Positions 55,766 through 64,000 of a stretch of 64,000 nucleotides of DNA are shown piece after piece. The stretch covers positions 93,608 to 157,607 of the forward strand of contig CAWGSJ010000005.1 of assembly GCA_963825245.1 (NCBI GenBank), given 5' to 3'. The notes under the pieces are model-generated. The model was not told the DNA's origin. It was given only the letters and a program-made list of their open reading frames with translations, and searched no databases. This stretch comes from an uncultured Acidobacteriota bacterium. GTDB lineage: Bacteria > Acidobacteriota > Vicinamibacteria > Vicinamibacterales > CAVVIG01. The translations under genes were made by a program, and so were the position numbers. Position 1 is the first letter of the stretch; each line of letters opens with the position of its first letter.

Positions 55766-55775
55766 AGCCGGCAGA

Positions 55776-56777
55776 TCACCAGGGATCGGTGCGCTTGGTA
55801 AAGGCGCGTCCTTTGTCTGCGGCCGGCGTGTCCCCGCCCGTGCAAATCATGACGCCTTCCTTGAGCTGGTCGATCACCGTGTTCTCGTTGCAGGCATTGA
55901 GGAACTTGACCCCCGCCGCCTTCGTGGCATCGAGAACACGGCGCCGCACTGCCGCCATTTGCGGTGATGCTTCGCCGCCGCCCTTGTAGGTGCCGGGCCG
56001 GCCCAGGAGGTAGAAGCCGTGATCGCCGGGACCCCATTCCGCGAAGGCGATCCCCGGCACCCGGACGGAACTTTCGACGTTTGCATCAGCGCGTGGATTT
56101 TCAATCTTCAAGCCGAACAGCAATTCGCCGTCCGGGTTCATCGGCCAGGGATCGGCGATCCGCATGTATTCGTCGGCGCTGACTCCCCACATTCGCGACG
56201 CGTACGCCTGCGAGCCGTTGCCGCGAGTGCCCTGCGCCAATCCTTCAACGCGGGGAGCGAACGGATAACGCGCCGCCTCGATCATCAGACGGGCGGCCTC
56301 CGGGCTTTCGGCATTGCACAGCAGGATGCCGTGTACGCCCGTCGCCAACGCCTGCTGAATCATCCACGCGTTGGCGCGCAACGCGTCGGTGGTGCCGGCG
56401 ATCGGCAGCGTGACGATCACCGCCGGGGTCTTGTGGCCGGTGCGAGTCGGGCCCGCTTCCGCCAGGCCGCGCGTGAATTCGCGCAGCTCCTTGAAATCGA
56501 GCGGGCCATGCTCCATTTCGTAGGTGATGTAGTCGGCCTTGGTCGCCGCCATCTCCTTGCCCTGCTCGTACCCGCCGCCGCTGATCTGGGCGTAGTAGAC
56601 CGGCTGACCCTTGAGCCACATGTCGATGACGCGGTTGACACGCTTGCCGGCCCGGGTCGTCTGTTTCGGCATTTCCGGGAGCGCGGCACTTTCAGGCGGC
56701 ACCGGCTGCTGGGCGCCAGCCGACATGGCGGTCGCGATGGCGACTGCAAGGCCCATCGACAAAACCCGCTTCGTCAT
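55776..56777 (-). CDS. HpcH/HpaI aldolase/citrate-lyase-family protein with signal peptide
   Basis: Start at ATG 56777 (GAGGAG upstream). It has ITYEMEHGPLD, ALATGVHGILLCNAESPEAARLMIEAARYPF, GLKIENP and AEWGPGDHGF. Confidence 0.7.
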   Translation of the reverse strand: MTKRVLSMGLAVAIATAMSAGAQQPVPPESAALPEMPKQTTRAGKRVNRVIDMWLKGQPVYYAQISGGGYEQGKEMAATKADYITYEMEHGPLDFKELREFTRGLAEAGPTRTGHKTPAVIVTLPIAGTTDALRANAWMIQQALATGVHGILLCNAESPEAARLMIEAARYPFAPRVEGLAQGTRGNGSQAYASRMWGVSADEYMRIADPWPMNPDGELLFGLKIENPRADANVESSVRVPGIAFAEWGPGDHGFYLLGRPGTYKGGGEASPQMAAVRRRVLDATKAAGVKFLNACNENTVIDQLKEGVMICTGGDTPAADKGRAFTKRTDPW

Positions 56778-56807
56778 GGCAACTCTCCTCGTGAGTGGAG
56801 GTTTACG

Positions 56808-56848
56808 GTCCGCCGACGCTTCATGCGAAGGCGGATGGCGGACACTAC
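56808..56848 (-). repeat. REP-like element with expanded loop
   Basis: GTCCGCC...(22 nt)...GGCGGAC-ACTAC. The CTA at 56845-56847 is the TAG stop of the SDR gene. Confidence 0.55.
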
Positions 56849-57702
56849 GAGGGCATGCGGAACGGCGCCGGCTGCGCACCGTCGACGTCCGTAAAACCGT
56901 ACTCTCGCGCGAGCGTGCCGACCTCGAGAAGCTGACCGGATTTTTCCATTACCTGTTCATCGGACGCCAGCGCGACGATCGCGCGTCCAAGATAGACGGG
57001 TGTTTCCTTTGGCCCGCCCGGGCCGTCGAGGGCCGCGAGCGCGCCCGCGCGGCGGAAGGCCTCGACAATGCGCTCGGTCCGCATGAAGCCGGGTGCCACT
57101 GCCAGCGACGCGATGCCGTGCTCCCGTAGTTCCTGGGCCGTCGCCCACGCCAGGCGGCGAACCGCGTCCTTCGACAGGTCGTAAAACATGTTCCGCAGGT
57201 ACCCGAGCGGCTCGAGATTCGCCGTCGTGCTGACGATGAGTCCGCGGCGATGTGGCAGCATCAGCGGGACGGCGAGGCGGCTCGCCGTGAGATGCGCACG
57301 CACGCCGGCAGTGAACATGCGGTCCCATTGATGGAGCGACTGCTCCCAGAACGGCACCATCGGGAGCGGACGGCACTCGCTGTTCTCGTATCCGCCCCAC
57401 ACGTTGTTGACGAGCAGATCGAGCCGCCCGTGATCGGTGCGGATCCGCGCGAACAACGATTCGACGTCGGCGTCGACGGTGTGATCGCAACGAACGGCAA
57501 TGCCGCGGCCGCCGCGCTGGCTCACCTCCCTCGCCGTCTCGTCGATCGTGCCGGGCACACTGTCGGTGGTCGGCCCGCCGTCGACGCTTCGACCGGTGAC
57601 GTAGACAGCGGCGCCCGCCGCGCCCAGTTCGAGCGCGATCGCGCGTCCCGCCCCGCGGCTCGCGCCGGTCACCAGCGCAATCGCGTCGCTGAGCTGTCCC
57701 AT
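56845..57702 (-). CDS. SDR-family oxidoreductase
   Basis: 285 aa with ALVTGASRGAGRAIA (TGxxxGxG), NNVWGG and YDLSKDA (YxxxK). Confidence 0.85.
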   Translation of the reverse strand: MGQLSDAIALVTGASRGAGRAIALELGAAGAAVYVTGRSVDGGPTTDSVPGTIDETAREVSQRGGRGIAVRCDHTVDADVESLFARIRTDHGRLDLLVNNVWGGYENSECRPLPMVPFWEQSLHQWDRMFTAGVRAHLTASRLAVPLMLPHRRGLIVSTTANLEPLGYLRNMFYDLSKDAVRRLAWATAQELREHGIASLAVAPGFMRTERIVEAFRRAGALAALDGPGGPKETPVYLGRAIVALASDEQVMEKSGQLLEVGTLAREYGFTDVDGAQPAPFRMPS

Positions 57703-57712
57703 CTATGTTCTA

Positions 57713-57733
57713 CCGAGGGGCTGCGCCCCTCGG
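57713..57733. repeat. Hairpin CCGAGGGGC-TGC-GCCCCTCGG, second copy at 60734
   Basis: A 9-bp perfect stem lies 11 nt upstream of the SDR start codon (minus strand). Essentially the same stem recurs at 60734-60756. Confidence 0.6.
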
Positions 57734-57838
57734 ACTCCCCCACACGCTCTCTCGCGCGCCGCTTCGCCGGCGCGCTCCGTTCGCGTGGCTCGCTCGCGCG
57801 CTCGCTCGCAGCGCAGATCAGCTTTCTTAAGACACCTT

Positions 57839-58174
57839 CTACTCGTACCAATCCTCGTGCAGGGACCATCCGGCGCATCGGAGGCACGACGTCCATCTCC
57901 ACTGATGAGCGCACCCAGGACACTGGCCGCGCGTCGAAAAGGTGTTCCAGGCAGTGCCGCACGCCGCGAAGGACGGTTCCGGCGTTCCCGCACATTCGCA
58001 CAACCAACGGCTCGAGTTCGAAGGACGCCAGGCACACAACGGGCATCGGATCCGGTCGAGGGCGTTCTCGTCCGCCGGACCGTCCTGGTCGAGCGTGACC
58101 CGGCCAGGTGCACCCGCGTCCCGATACCAGGCGCGCCAGGGAGTCTCGACATTCGCGGGCGAATTCAGGTCCAT
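57839..58174 (-). CDS. Cys-rich small protein (two probable zinc ribbons), hypothetical
   Basis: 111 aa with CPLC...CEC...C...CPGC...CLRC and many Trp residues. I recognised no family. Confidence 0.5.
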   Translation of the reverse strand: MDLNSPANVETPWRAWYRDAGAPGRVTLDQDGPADENALDRIRCPLCAWRPSNSSRWLCECAGTPEPSFAACGTAWNTFSTRGQCPGCAHQWRWTSCLRCAGWSLHEDWYE

Positions 58175-58279
58175 CTCATTGCTGAGTCCTGTCCCGACGC
58201 CGCTTCCTGCCCTTCAAGCTGCGAGGACACCTGCCAGCCGGCGGCGTGCCGACTTTGAGAGCCAGATTGTGGCACGGAC

Positions 58280-60706
58280 TCAGTCGGCGCGGAGGGCGAG
58301 GATCGGATCGACGCTGGTGGCGCGGCTGGCTGGAACGCAGCCGGCGAGGACGGTGACGGCGGCCAGGACGAGCGCCATGCCACCGAAGCTGACGGGGTCG
58401 GTCGGCGTCACGTTGTACAAGAGCGCCCGAACGAGCCGGGTCACCATGAAGGCGCCGGCGCTGCCGAGGACGATTCCGACGACCGCAAGCCGCACGCCCT
58501 GGGCGACGACCAGCGCCAGGATGCTCTGCCGCGTCGCGCCGAGCGCCACGCGGACTCCGAATTCCTGCGTGCGCTGCGCCACCGAGTACGAGAGCACCCC
58601 GTAGATGCCTATCGCCGCCAGGAAAAGGGCGGCCGCGCCGAAGATCGAGAACATCCACGACAGGAAGAGCGAAGACCAGAAGCGGCCCTCGCGGTTTTCG
58701 TCGCCGGTACGGACGTCGAAGACCGCGAGCACCGGGTCGGACTGGCCGATGGCGTTCCGAACCGGCGGCGTGATCGAGGCCGGCGGGATGCCCGTGACAC
58801 GGATCGTGAGGCCGGTGTCAGTCAGGGCCTGGTACGGATATGGAAGAATCGCCAGCGGCTCGACAATCGCCTTGTCGCGCACGATCAGTGGTTGAAAATC
58901 CGAGACGACCCCGATCACCGTCCACCACTCGTCGGGCGGATCGGCGGCGAAGCGGAAACGGCGGCCGACGATGTCGGAACGGCCGGGCCAGATGCGGCGG
59001 GCCAGCGCCTCGTTGACGAGGGCTGTGCCCGAACGTGTTGTCGACTCGGCATCCGTGAAGTCGCGCCCGGAAAGTACCGTCTGGCCGAGCGTCTCGACGG
59101 CATGAGCGGTCGTGGCGAAAAAGGAAGCTCTCGGTTCCTTCCCTGGCTCGACTGTGATCCCCTCGGCGACAATGCCCGCGTTTCCGCCGCCACCCGCGAG
59201 CGGTACCAGGTTCGACGCGAACGCGGCGGCCACGCCGGGAAGCGCTTCGACCCGCCGGACGACATCGTTGACGCGCGCGGTCATCGCCTCGGGCGTCTGA
59301 TATCGCTCCCCCGGCATGAGGATCCGCAGCGTCATCAGCGGCGCGGTGTCGAGACCGGCATCAGCGTTCTGGATGTTGAGGAAGCTGCGTACGAACAGCG
59401 AGGCGCCCACCAGCAGCATCAGGGACAGCGCCACCTCGACGACGACGAGGGTGTTGCGGAGGCGATTGCGCGGGCGGCTTCCGCCGGCCCCGCGGCCGCC
59501 GTCCTTGAGCGTGGCGGCAAGACTTCCTCGCGCCGCCTGCAGCGCTGGCGCGAGCCCGAAAAGAAGTCCTGTCAGTACCGTCACGACGGTCGTGAACGCG
59601 ACGACGCGCGTATTCATGCTCCAGTCGACGTAATACGGGATCGGCACCGTGGGCGGGACGGCGGCCATCAGCGCCTCGAGGCCGGCATACGCGATGAACA
59701 GGCCAAGAGGGGCGCTCAACACGCTGAGGAGCACGCTCTCGGTGAGCAACTGACGGACCAGACGGAAGCGGCCGGCGCCGAGCGCGGTCCGGACGGCGAT
59801 TTCGCGCTGGCGGCCGGTGGCTCGCGCCAGCAGCAGGTTCGCGACGTTGGCGCAAGCGATAACGAGCACCAACAGCACGGCGCCCATCATCGCCGTGGTC
59901 GCCACTTGGAGCGAGACCGGCATGAGCTCGTCGCGCAACGACACAGCCCGAGCGCTCCACCCATCGTCCTCGCGGTGCACTCGTGCCAGCTGACTGCCCA
60001 CCTCGCCAAGTTCGAGGCTGGCCGACGCAACCGATGCGCCCGGTACCAGTCGCCCGCATGGGAGCAGCGTGCGGTCGCGGCGTGAGGAGGCGTATTCGAG
60101 CGGCACGACCGGAATCCAGAGCTGCGCCACTTGCGGAAACTGAAAGCGCGGCGGCATGACCCCGATCACCGTGTGCGCCACGCCGTTGACGACGAGTACG
60201 CGGCCGACGATCGACGCGTCGCCGGCGTAGCGGCGCTGCCACAGGCCGTGACTCAGCATGACGACCGGGCGCGCCCCGGCACGGTCGTCGTCCGGAGCGA
60301 AGTGCCGGCCGAGGATCGGTTGCACTCCGAGGAGCGCAAAGAGGTTCGAGGTGACGGCTGCCGCCTGGAACCGTTCGGACTCGACGCCCTCGGTAATCGA
60401 CAGACTCCGATAGGAGTAGGCGGCGAGGTCGGTGTAGCTGCGCGCCTGCTCCTTCCAGTCGCGAAAATCCAGGTACGAGACCCTGCTGATGTTGATGGCG
60501 GCGGAAGGCTGTGTGGAATAGAGCGCGACGAGGCGATCGGGCTCCTCGAAGGGCAGCGGGCGGAGCGACACGTTGTCGGCGAGGCTGAAGACCGCGCTGT
60601 TGACGCCAATGCCCAGGGCGAGGCACAGAACCGTCAGCGCTGCAAAGCCCGGGGTGCGGAGCAGCCCTCTGGCGGCGTACCGAAGGTCCTGGGTGAACGT
60701 GTCCAC
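58280..60706 (-). CDS. ADOP-type MacB/FtsX permease (duplicated orphan permease), intact
   Basis: 808 aa. MDTFTQDLRYAARGLLRTPGFAALTVLCLALGIGVNSAVFS, two MacB periplasmic-core plus FtsX-type 4-TM halves (LVIACANVANLLLARATGRQREIAVRTALGA and YSVAQRTQEFGVRVALGA). Confidence 0.9.
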   Translation of the reverse strand: MDTFTQDLRYAARGLLRTPGFAALTVLCLALGIGVNSAVFSLADNVSLRPLPFEEPDRLVALYSTQPSAAINISRVSYLDFRDWKEQARSYTDLAAYSYRSLSITEGVESERFQAAAVTSNLFALLGVQPILGRHFAPDDDRAGARPVVMLSHGLWQRRYAGDASIVGRVLVVNGVAHTVIGVMPPRFQFPQVAQLWIPVVPLEYASSRRDRTLLPCGRLVPGASVASASLELGEVGSQLARVHREDDGWSARAVSLRDELMPVSLQVATTAMMGAVLLVLVIACANVANLLLARATGRQREIAVRTALGAGRFRLVRQLLTESVLLSVLSAPLGLFIAYAGLEALMAAVPPTVPIPYYVDWSMNTRVVAFTTVVTVLTGLLFGLAPALQAARGSLAATLKDGGRGAGGSRPRNRLRNTLVVVEVALSLMLLVGASLFVRSFLNIQNADAGLDTAPLMTLRILMPGERYQTPEAMTARVNDVVRRVEALPGVAAAFASNLVPLAGGGGNAGIVAEGITVEPGKEPRASFFATTAHAVETLGQTVLSGRDFTDAESTTRSGTALVNEALARRIWPGRSDIVGRRFRFAADPPDEWWTVIGVVSDFQPLIVRDKAIVEPLAILPYPYQALTDTGLTIRVTGIPPASITPPVRNAIGQSDPVLAVFDVRTGDENREGRFWSSLFLSWMFSIFGAAALFLAAIGIYGVLSYSVAQRTQEFGVRVALGATRQSILALVVAQGVRLAVVGIVLGSAGAFMVTRLVRALLYNVTPTDPVSFGGMALVLAAVTVLAGCVPASRATSVDPILALRAD

Positions 60707-60733
60707 GGACGATGATCGACGAGACCTCTCTTA

Positions 60734-60756
60734 CCCGAGGGGCTTCGCCCCTCGGG
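60734..60756. repeat. Hairpin CCCGAGGGGC-TTC-GCCCCTCGGG, copy of 57713
   Basis: A 10-bp perfect stem lies 28 nt upstream of the ADOP start codon (minus strand). Confidence 0.6.
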
Positions 60757-60788
60757 TGAAACGGTCCGGCTCACGCTAGCATAGCGGT

Positions 60789-61586
60789 GTGGACCCGCGG
60801 CCGAATGCCGTCGTCGCCCGGAAGATCAACCGCGAGATCGTCGTCGTCGTTGGCTGGGGCCGCGCCATCCTGCTGCAGCTGGCGCATCCGCTCATCGCGG
60901 CGGCGATCAGCGATGGCAGCAGCTTTCACAGCGGCGCCGGCAGCTACGTGCGGCGTGCGCACCAGACGATCAGCGCGATGCTGGATCTCACGTTCGGCAC
61001 GCCCTCTGACGCGCAGCGAATCGTCGACAGGATCAACGGCATTCACGACCACGTCCACGGCCACCTCGGCGCCGCGACCGGCGTCTTCCCGGCCGGGACG
61101 CCATACTCGGCACGCGACGCCCAGTTGCTCGTCTGGGTCCACGCGACGCTGGTCGAATCGCTGGTGCTGACCTACGAGCAGCTGGTCGGGGCTCTGACTG
61201 GCGAGGAGAAAGATCAGTACGCGTCGGATTCGGCCTGGCTCGCGCGCGAACTGGGCGCGCCAGCGGACGCGGTGCCGTCGGACGAGGCCAGCGTGTCGGA
61301 GTTCATGCGAGAGATGCGCTCCCGCGGCGAGATCTGCGTCGGGGAGGACGCGCGGCGGATGGCGTCGGCGCTGCTCGCGCCAGGGATTGCGCTCGCCGCG
61401 CCTGTTTTCTGGGTGAGCGGGTTGATCACGGTCGGCCTGCTGCCGGACGACTTGCGGCAGGCGTACGGGTTCGAATGGGACGATCGACGCGCGCGGAGAT
61501 TTCAGCAGGTGACGGCGCTCGTTCGGGGCACGCGGCGGCTGCTGCCGGCGATCTTTCGCGAATGGCCGGCGGCGCGCCGTAGGTGA
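60789..61586 (+). CDS. MpaB/DUF2236-family oxygenase-like protein
   Basis: 265 aa with a GTG start. INREIVVVVGWGRAILLQLAHPLIAAAISD...RAHQTISAMLDLTFG...IVDRINGIHDHVHG. Confidence 0.6.
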   Translation: MDPRPNAVVARKINREIVVVVGWGRAILLQLAHPLIAAAISDGSSFHSGAGSYVRRAHQTISAMLDLTFGTPSDAQRIVDRINGIHDHVHGHLGAATGVFPAGTPYSARDAQLLVWVHATLVESLVLTYEQLVGALTGEEKDQYASDSAWLARELGAPADAVPSDEASVSEFMREMRSRGEICVGEDARRMASALLAPGIALAAPVFWVSGLITVGLLPDDLRQAYGFEWDDRRARRFQQVTALVRGTRRLLPAIFREWPAARRR

Positions 61587-61697
61587 CGCTCACCCCTCTA
61601 ACGTTTTAGCGCATCGATTTTGACGCTGACTGCCACGAGTTGGGTGTACGAAAGCCGGCCGTGCCCGAAGAGGTGCTCGCTCATGGGCGCTCGTGCA

Positions 61698-62119
61698 TCA
61701 CTCGCAGCGGATGCGCACCTGGGCGTCGCCGTCGACGTCGACGGTCAGCTCGCCGATGTCCTTGATCATCGCCTCGAGGTCGGTGTAGTGAATCTTCGAC
61801 AGGTCGAGCTCGGTGCCGTTGTCCAACTGGATTTTCTTCTTCCCCATCAGCCCGGGGAACACCGAGCTGAGGCGCAGCCCGCCGCGCACGACGGTCATCG
61901 GCACCTTGATGTTGACGTTCTCCGCCTTCTTCCCGTCGCGGGCCGGCTTATTGACGAGGATGCGGAAGTACTCGGCTCGGCCCCTTCTCGCCATTTTTCT
62001 CGTCGTTTCTCTCATCTGCGGCGGAAACCGTGACGGCCTGGAGCAGCTGCTCTGCCTCCTGAACGGTGATCTTGCCGCTGCGACAGCATCTCGAGCACCT
62101 TGCGTGTCTCGTCGCTCAT
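61698..62119 (-). pseudogene. SHOCT-like N-terminal domain protein (DUF2089 partner), two frame breaks
   Basis: ATG 62119 (GAGGAG upstream) gives MSDETRKVLEMLS. GKITVQEAEQLLQAVTVSAADERNDEKNGEKG follows in a second frame, then EYFRILVNKPARDGKKAENVNIKVPMTVVRGGLRL...ELTVDVDGDAQVRIRCE in a third. Confidence 0.55.
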
Positions 62120-62129
62120 GACCATCTCC

Positions 62130-62516
62130 TCACTTCTGTTTCAACTGCTCGAGCGCTTGTGCGACGGTCAGCTCGCCGCGCGACAACCGATCGAGCACGT
62201 CGCCGCGCGTGGGCGCCGGCGTGGCCGCGTCCGATCCCTGTTCGATTTCGACGAACGTCAACTGGCTGCCGATCTCGTTCAGCCGGTTCTTGATGGTCGG
62301 GTAGCTGACGCCGAAGTACTTCTCCATCTGCTTGATGGAGCCGTGGCAGCGCACGAACGCCGCGACGAACACCTGGTCCTCGGCGGGCAGCCGGGCGAGG
62401 GGCGGGAGGGTGAAGGGGCCTTCAATCACGACCCCCGTGTCGGCCAGGCGAATCCGATCCACCTCAACGCGCGCCTGACCGATGAGCTTGCTCAGTTCCT
62501 GCCAGTCATGTCCCAT
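62130..62516 (-). CDS. DUF2089-domain protein (putative DNA-binding)
   Basis: 128 aa. VIEGPFTLPPLARLPAEDQVFVAAFVRCHGSIKQMEKYFGVSYPTIKNRLNEI. Confidence 0.7.
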   Translation of the reverse strand: MGHDWQELSKLIGQARVEVDRIRLADTGVVIEGPFTLPPLARLPAEDQVFVAAFVRCHGSIKQMEKYFGVSYPTIKNRLNEIGSQLTFVEIEQGSDAATPAPTRGDVLDRLSRGELTVAQALEQLKQK

Positions 62517-62659
62517 CGCTATAGATAGATGATACGCGGGACCTTATTAATTAGTTCAAGTACTGACTTAAGTTTCTTAATTATTAGAACGCCAGTAGTA
62601 GCGATAATGAATCTGAGCAGCCTGCCAATCAATGCTTTAGACGGGAGCCAATATTCCTC

Positions 62660-62688
62660 TTGACCTCCGAGGGAAGAGTCTCCATACT
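62660..62688 (+). promoter_or_regulatory. Putative sigma70-type promoter of the padR-ADOP operon
   Basis: TTGACC (62660-62665), a 17-nt spacer, then CATACT (62683-62688), 25 nt upstream of the GTG at 62714. It has the same -10 hexamer as the vapB promoter candidate. Confidence 0.4.
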
Positions 62689-62713
62689 TCCTCTCGAAGC
62701 TTGAGGGGACACA

Positions 62714-63040
62714 GTGCCGAAGACCGACCTCCTCCAGGGCACGCTCGACCTGCTGATTCTGAAGATCCTTACGCTCGGCCCTAATCACGGCTGGGGTATC
62801 GCGAACCGTATTCGCCAGATCTCGCTTGAGGGCCTGAATGCCAGCCAAGGCTCCCTGTACCCGGCGCTACATCGACTCGAGCTGAGCGGCGACGTCCAGT
62901 CCGAGATGACGTCTTCCGAGAACAACCGGCGCGCCCGAATCTACAAGCTGACTCCTGCGGGTCGCAGCCGTTTGGATGCCGAAACCGCCAGTTGGGACCA
63001 ATTCGCGCTTTCCATGAAGAGGATTCTGCAAGCCGGCTGA
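62714..63040 (+). CDS. PadR-family transcriptional regulator
   Basis: 108 aa. LLQGTLDLLILKILTLGPNHGWGIANRIRQIS...LNASQGSLYPALHRLELSGDV...RRARIYKLTPAGR. Confidence 0.9.
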   Translation: MPKTDLLQGTLDLLILKILTLGPNHGWGIANRIRQISLEGLNASQGSLYPALHRLELSGDVQSEMTSSENNRRARIYKLTPAGRSRLDAETASWDQFALSMKRILQAG

Positions 63041-63066
63041 CCATCCGTCAGCGCGGAGTTTCCAGC

Positions 63067-64000
63067 ATGTTCGCACGCCTCCTCGCCTACGTTCGCGGAG
63101 TTGCTGGACGGCGCCGAATCAGCGCCGAAGCCGAAGACGAACTCCGGTTTCATATCGAGCAGGAGATCGAGGTCCACATCGCGGGCGGCGTATCTCCAGC
63201 CGAGGCGAGACAGATGGCCCTGCGCGATCTCGGAGGCCTGACACATGTCACTCAAGCCGTGCGTGACGTCCGCCTGATCTGGCTCGACGTGCTCTGGCGC
63301 GACGCTCGTCATGCCGTCCGTTCGCTGCGACGGACGCCGGCCTTTACGAGCGTGGCGCTGGTGGTACTGACACTGAGCATCGGCGCGACGACGGCGATCT
63401 TCTCCGTGGTGGACGCGGTCATCCTCCGCGGACTGCCATTCCCGGAGAGCGACCGCCTCGTCGCGGTCGGCGAGCTCAACGCGAAAGACAGCCCACCGCC
63501 ATCGTTGAACCTCACGACGCCTCAGACTTTTCTTGACTGGAGGGATCAACAAGACGTCTTTACCGGTCTGGCAGCCGTCGCCTACGCCGAGATCAGCCTG
63601 AAGCGGGAGGGGAACGCTCTTCCAGAGAACCTTCGAGCCCAACGCCTCACCGCAGAGTTCTTTTCGGTGCTGCGAACCCAACCTGTTCTTGGACGTCCGT
63701 TCTCTCGCGAGGACGAAGTTGAAGGCCGCGGGAACGTCGCCGTGATCAGCTACGCCCTCTGGCAACGACGGTTTGCCGGAAGCCCCAACGTCATTGGCGC
63801 CTATCTGCCGGGCCAGCAGGCGTCGTTCGAAGTAGTAGGTGTGATGCCGCCGGGCTTCTCGTACCCAGTGGATACGTATGTTCTTGGCGTCAGAGAACCC
63901 ACCGATGTGTGGGTGCCGTACGTCTTCACCAGCGACGACCGCGTGCGCGGCAACAGCTTCGGCCGCAACCTTCACGTCGTCGGTCGGCTCCGCGATGGCG
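63067..64000 (+). CDS. ADOP-type MacB/FtsX permease, 5' part (runs off the window)
   Basis: ATG 63067. MFARLLAYVRGVAGRRRISAEAEDELRFHIEQEIEVHIAGGVSPAEARQMALRDLGG...LRRTPAFTSVALVVLTLSIGATTAIFSVVDAVIL is the ADOP leader typical of PadR-linked copies. The frame is open to position 64000. Confidence 0.85.
   Translation, partial: MFARLLAYVRGVAGRRRISAEAEDELRFHIEQEIEVHIAGGVSPAEARQMALRDLGGLTHVTQAVRDVRLIWLDVLWRDARHAVRSLRRTPAFTSVALVVLTLSIGATTAIFSVVDAVILRGLPFPESDRLVAVGELNAKDSPPPSLNLTTPQTFLDWRDQQDVFTGLAAVAYAEISLKREGNALPENLRAQRLTAEFFSVLRTQPVLGRPFSREDEVEGRGNVAVISYALWQRRFAGSPNVIGAYLPGQQASFEVVGVMPPGFSYPVDTYVLGVREPTDVWVPYVFTSDDRVRGNSFGRNLHVVGRLRDG

Overview
High-GC (by eye about two-thirds G+C, not computed) bacterial chromosomal segment with about 75 protein-coding genes, roughly 80% on the minus strand. 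I recognised no rRNA, tRNA, CRISPR array, transposase, integrase or phage gene. Gene content points to an Acidobacteriota-like soil organism (inference only): three MacB/FtsX-type duplicated orphan permeases (ADOP), one of them with a PadR regulator, plus many DinB, VOC/glyoxalase, DUF1801, YdeI, GNAT, HAD and secreted hydrolase genes. Recognisable modules include a TldD/PmbA pair, vapBC, a P450, a fused MFS/spermidine synthase, flotillin-NfeD, an M16 peptidase pair, Tag glycosylase and an FCY1-like cytosine deaminase. I did not find a clear-cut new defence or biosynthetic system. The signals I consider most worth a second look are as follows. (1) A family of GTAG-headed palindromic (REP-like) elements has compensatory stem variants, and the GTAG head overlaps the TAG stop codon of nine different minus-strand genes. 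(2) Short tandem heptanucleotide arrays sit in intergenic DNA, including two GTAGTCG arrays that bracket a 2.2-kb four-gene block. (3) A translationally coupled eight-gene minus-strand operon (43117 to 38020) starts with a DUF2007 protein and a HipA_2-type kinase that lacks its usual DUF3037 partner. (4) A five-gene coupled operon encodes a zinc ribbon protein, hemolysin III, HAD, TerB and BI-1. (5) Reading-frame breaks are strongly non-uniform: about 14 genes are broken and 9.7-16.7 kb is almost entirely broken except flotillin. This means either real gene decay or local assembly indels, which the sequence alone cannot distinguish. All functional calls come from reading translated motifs by eye. 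No database search was run.
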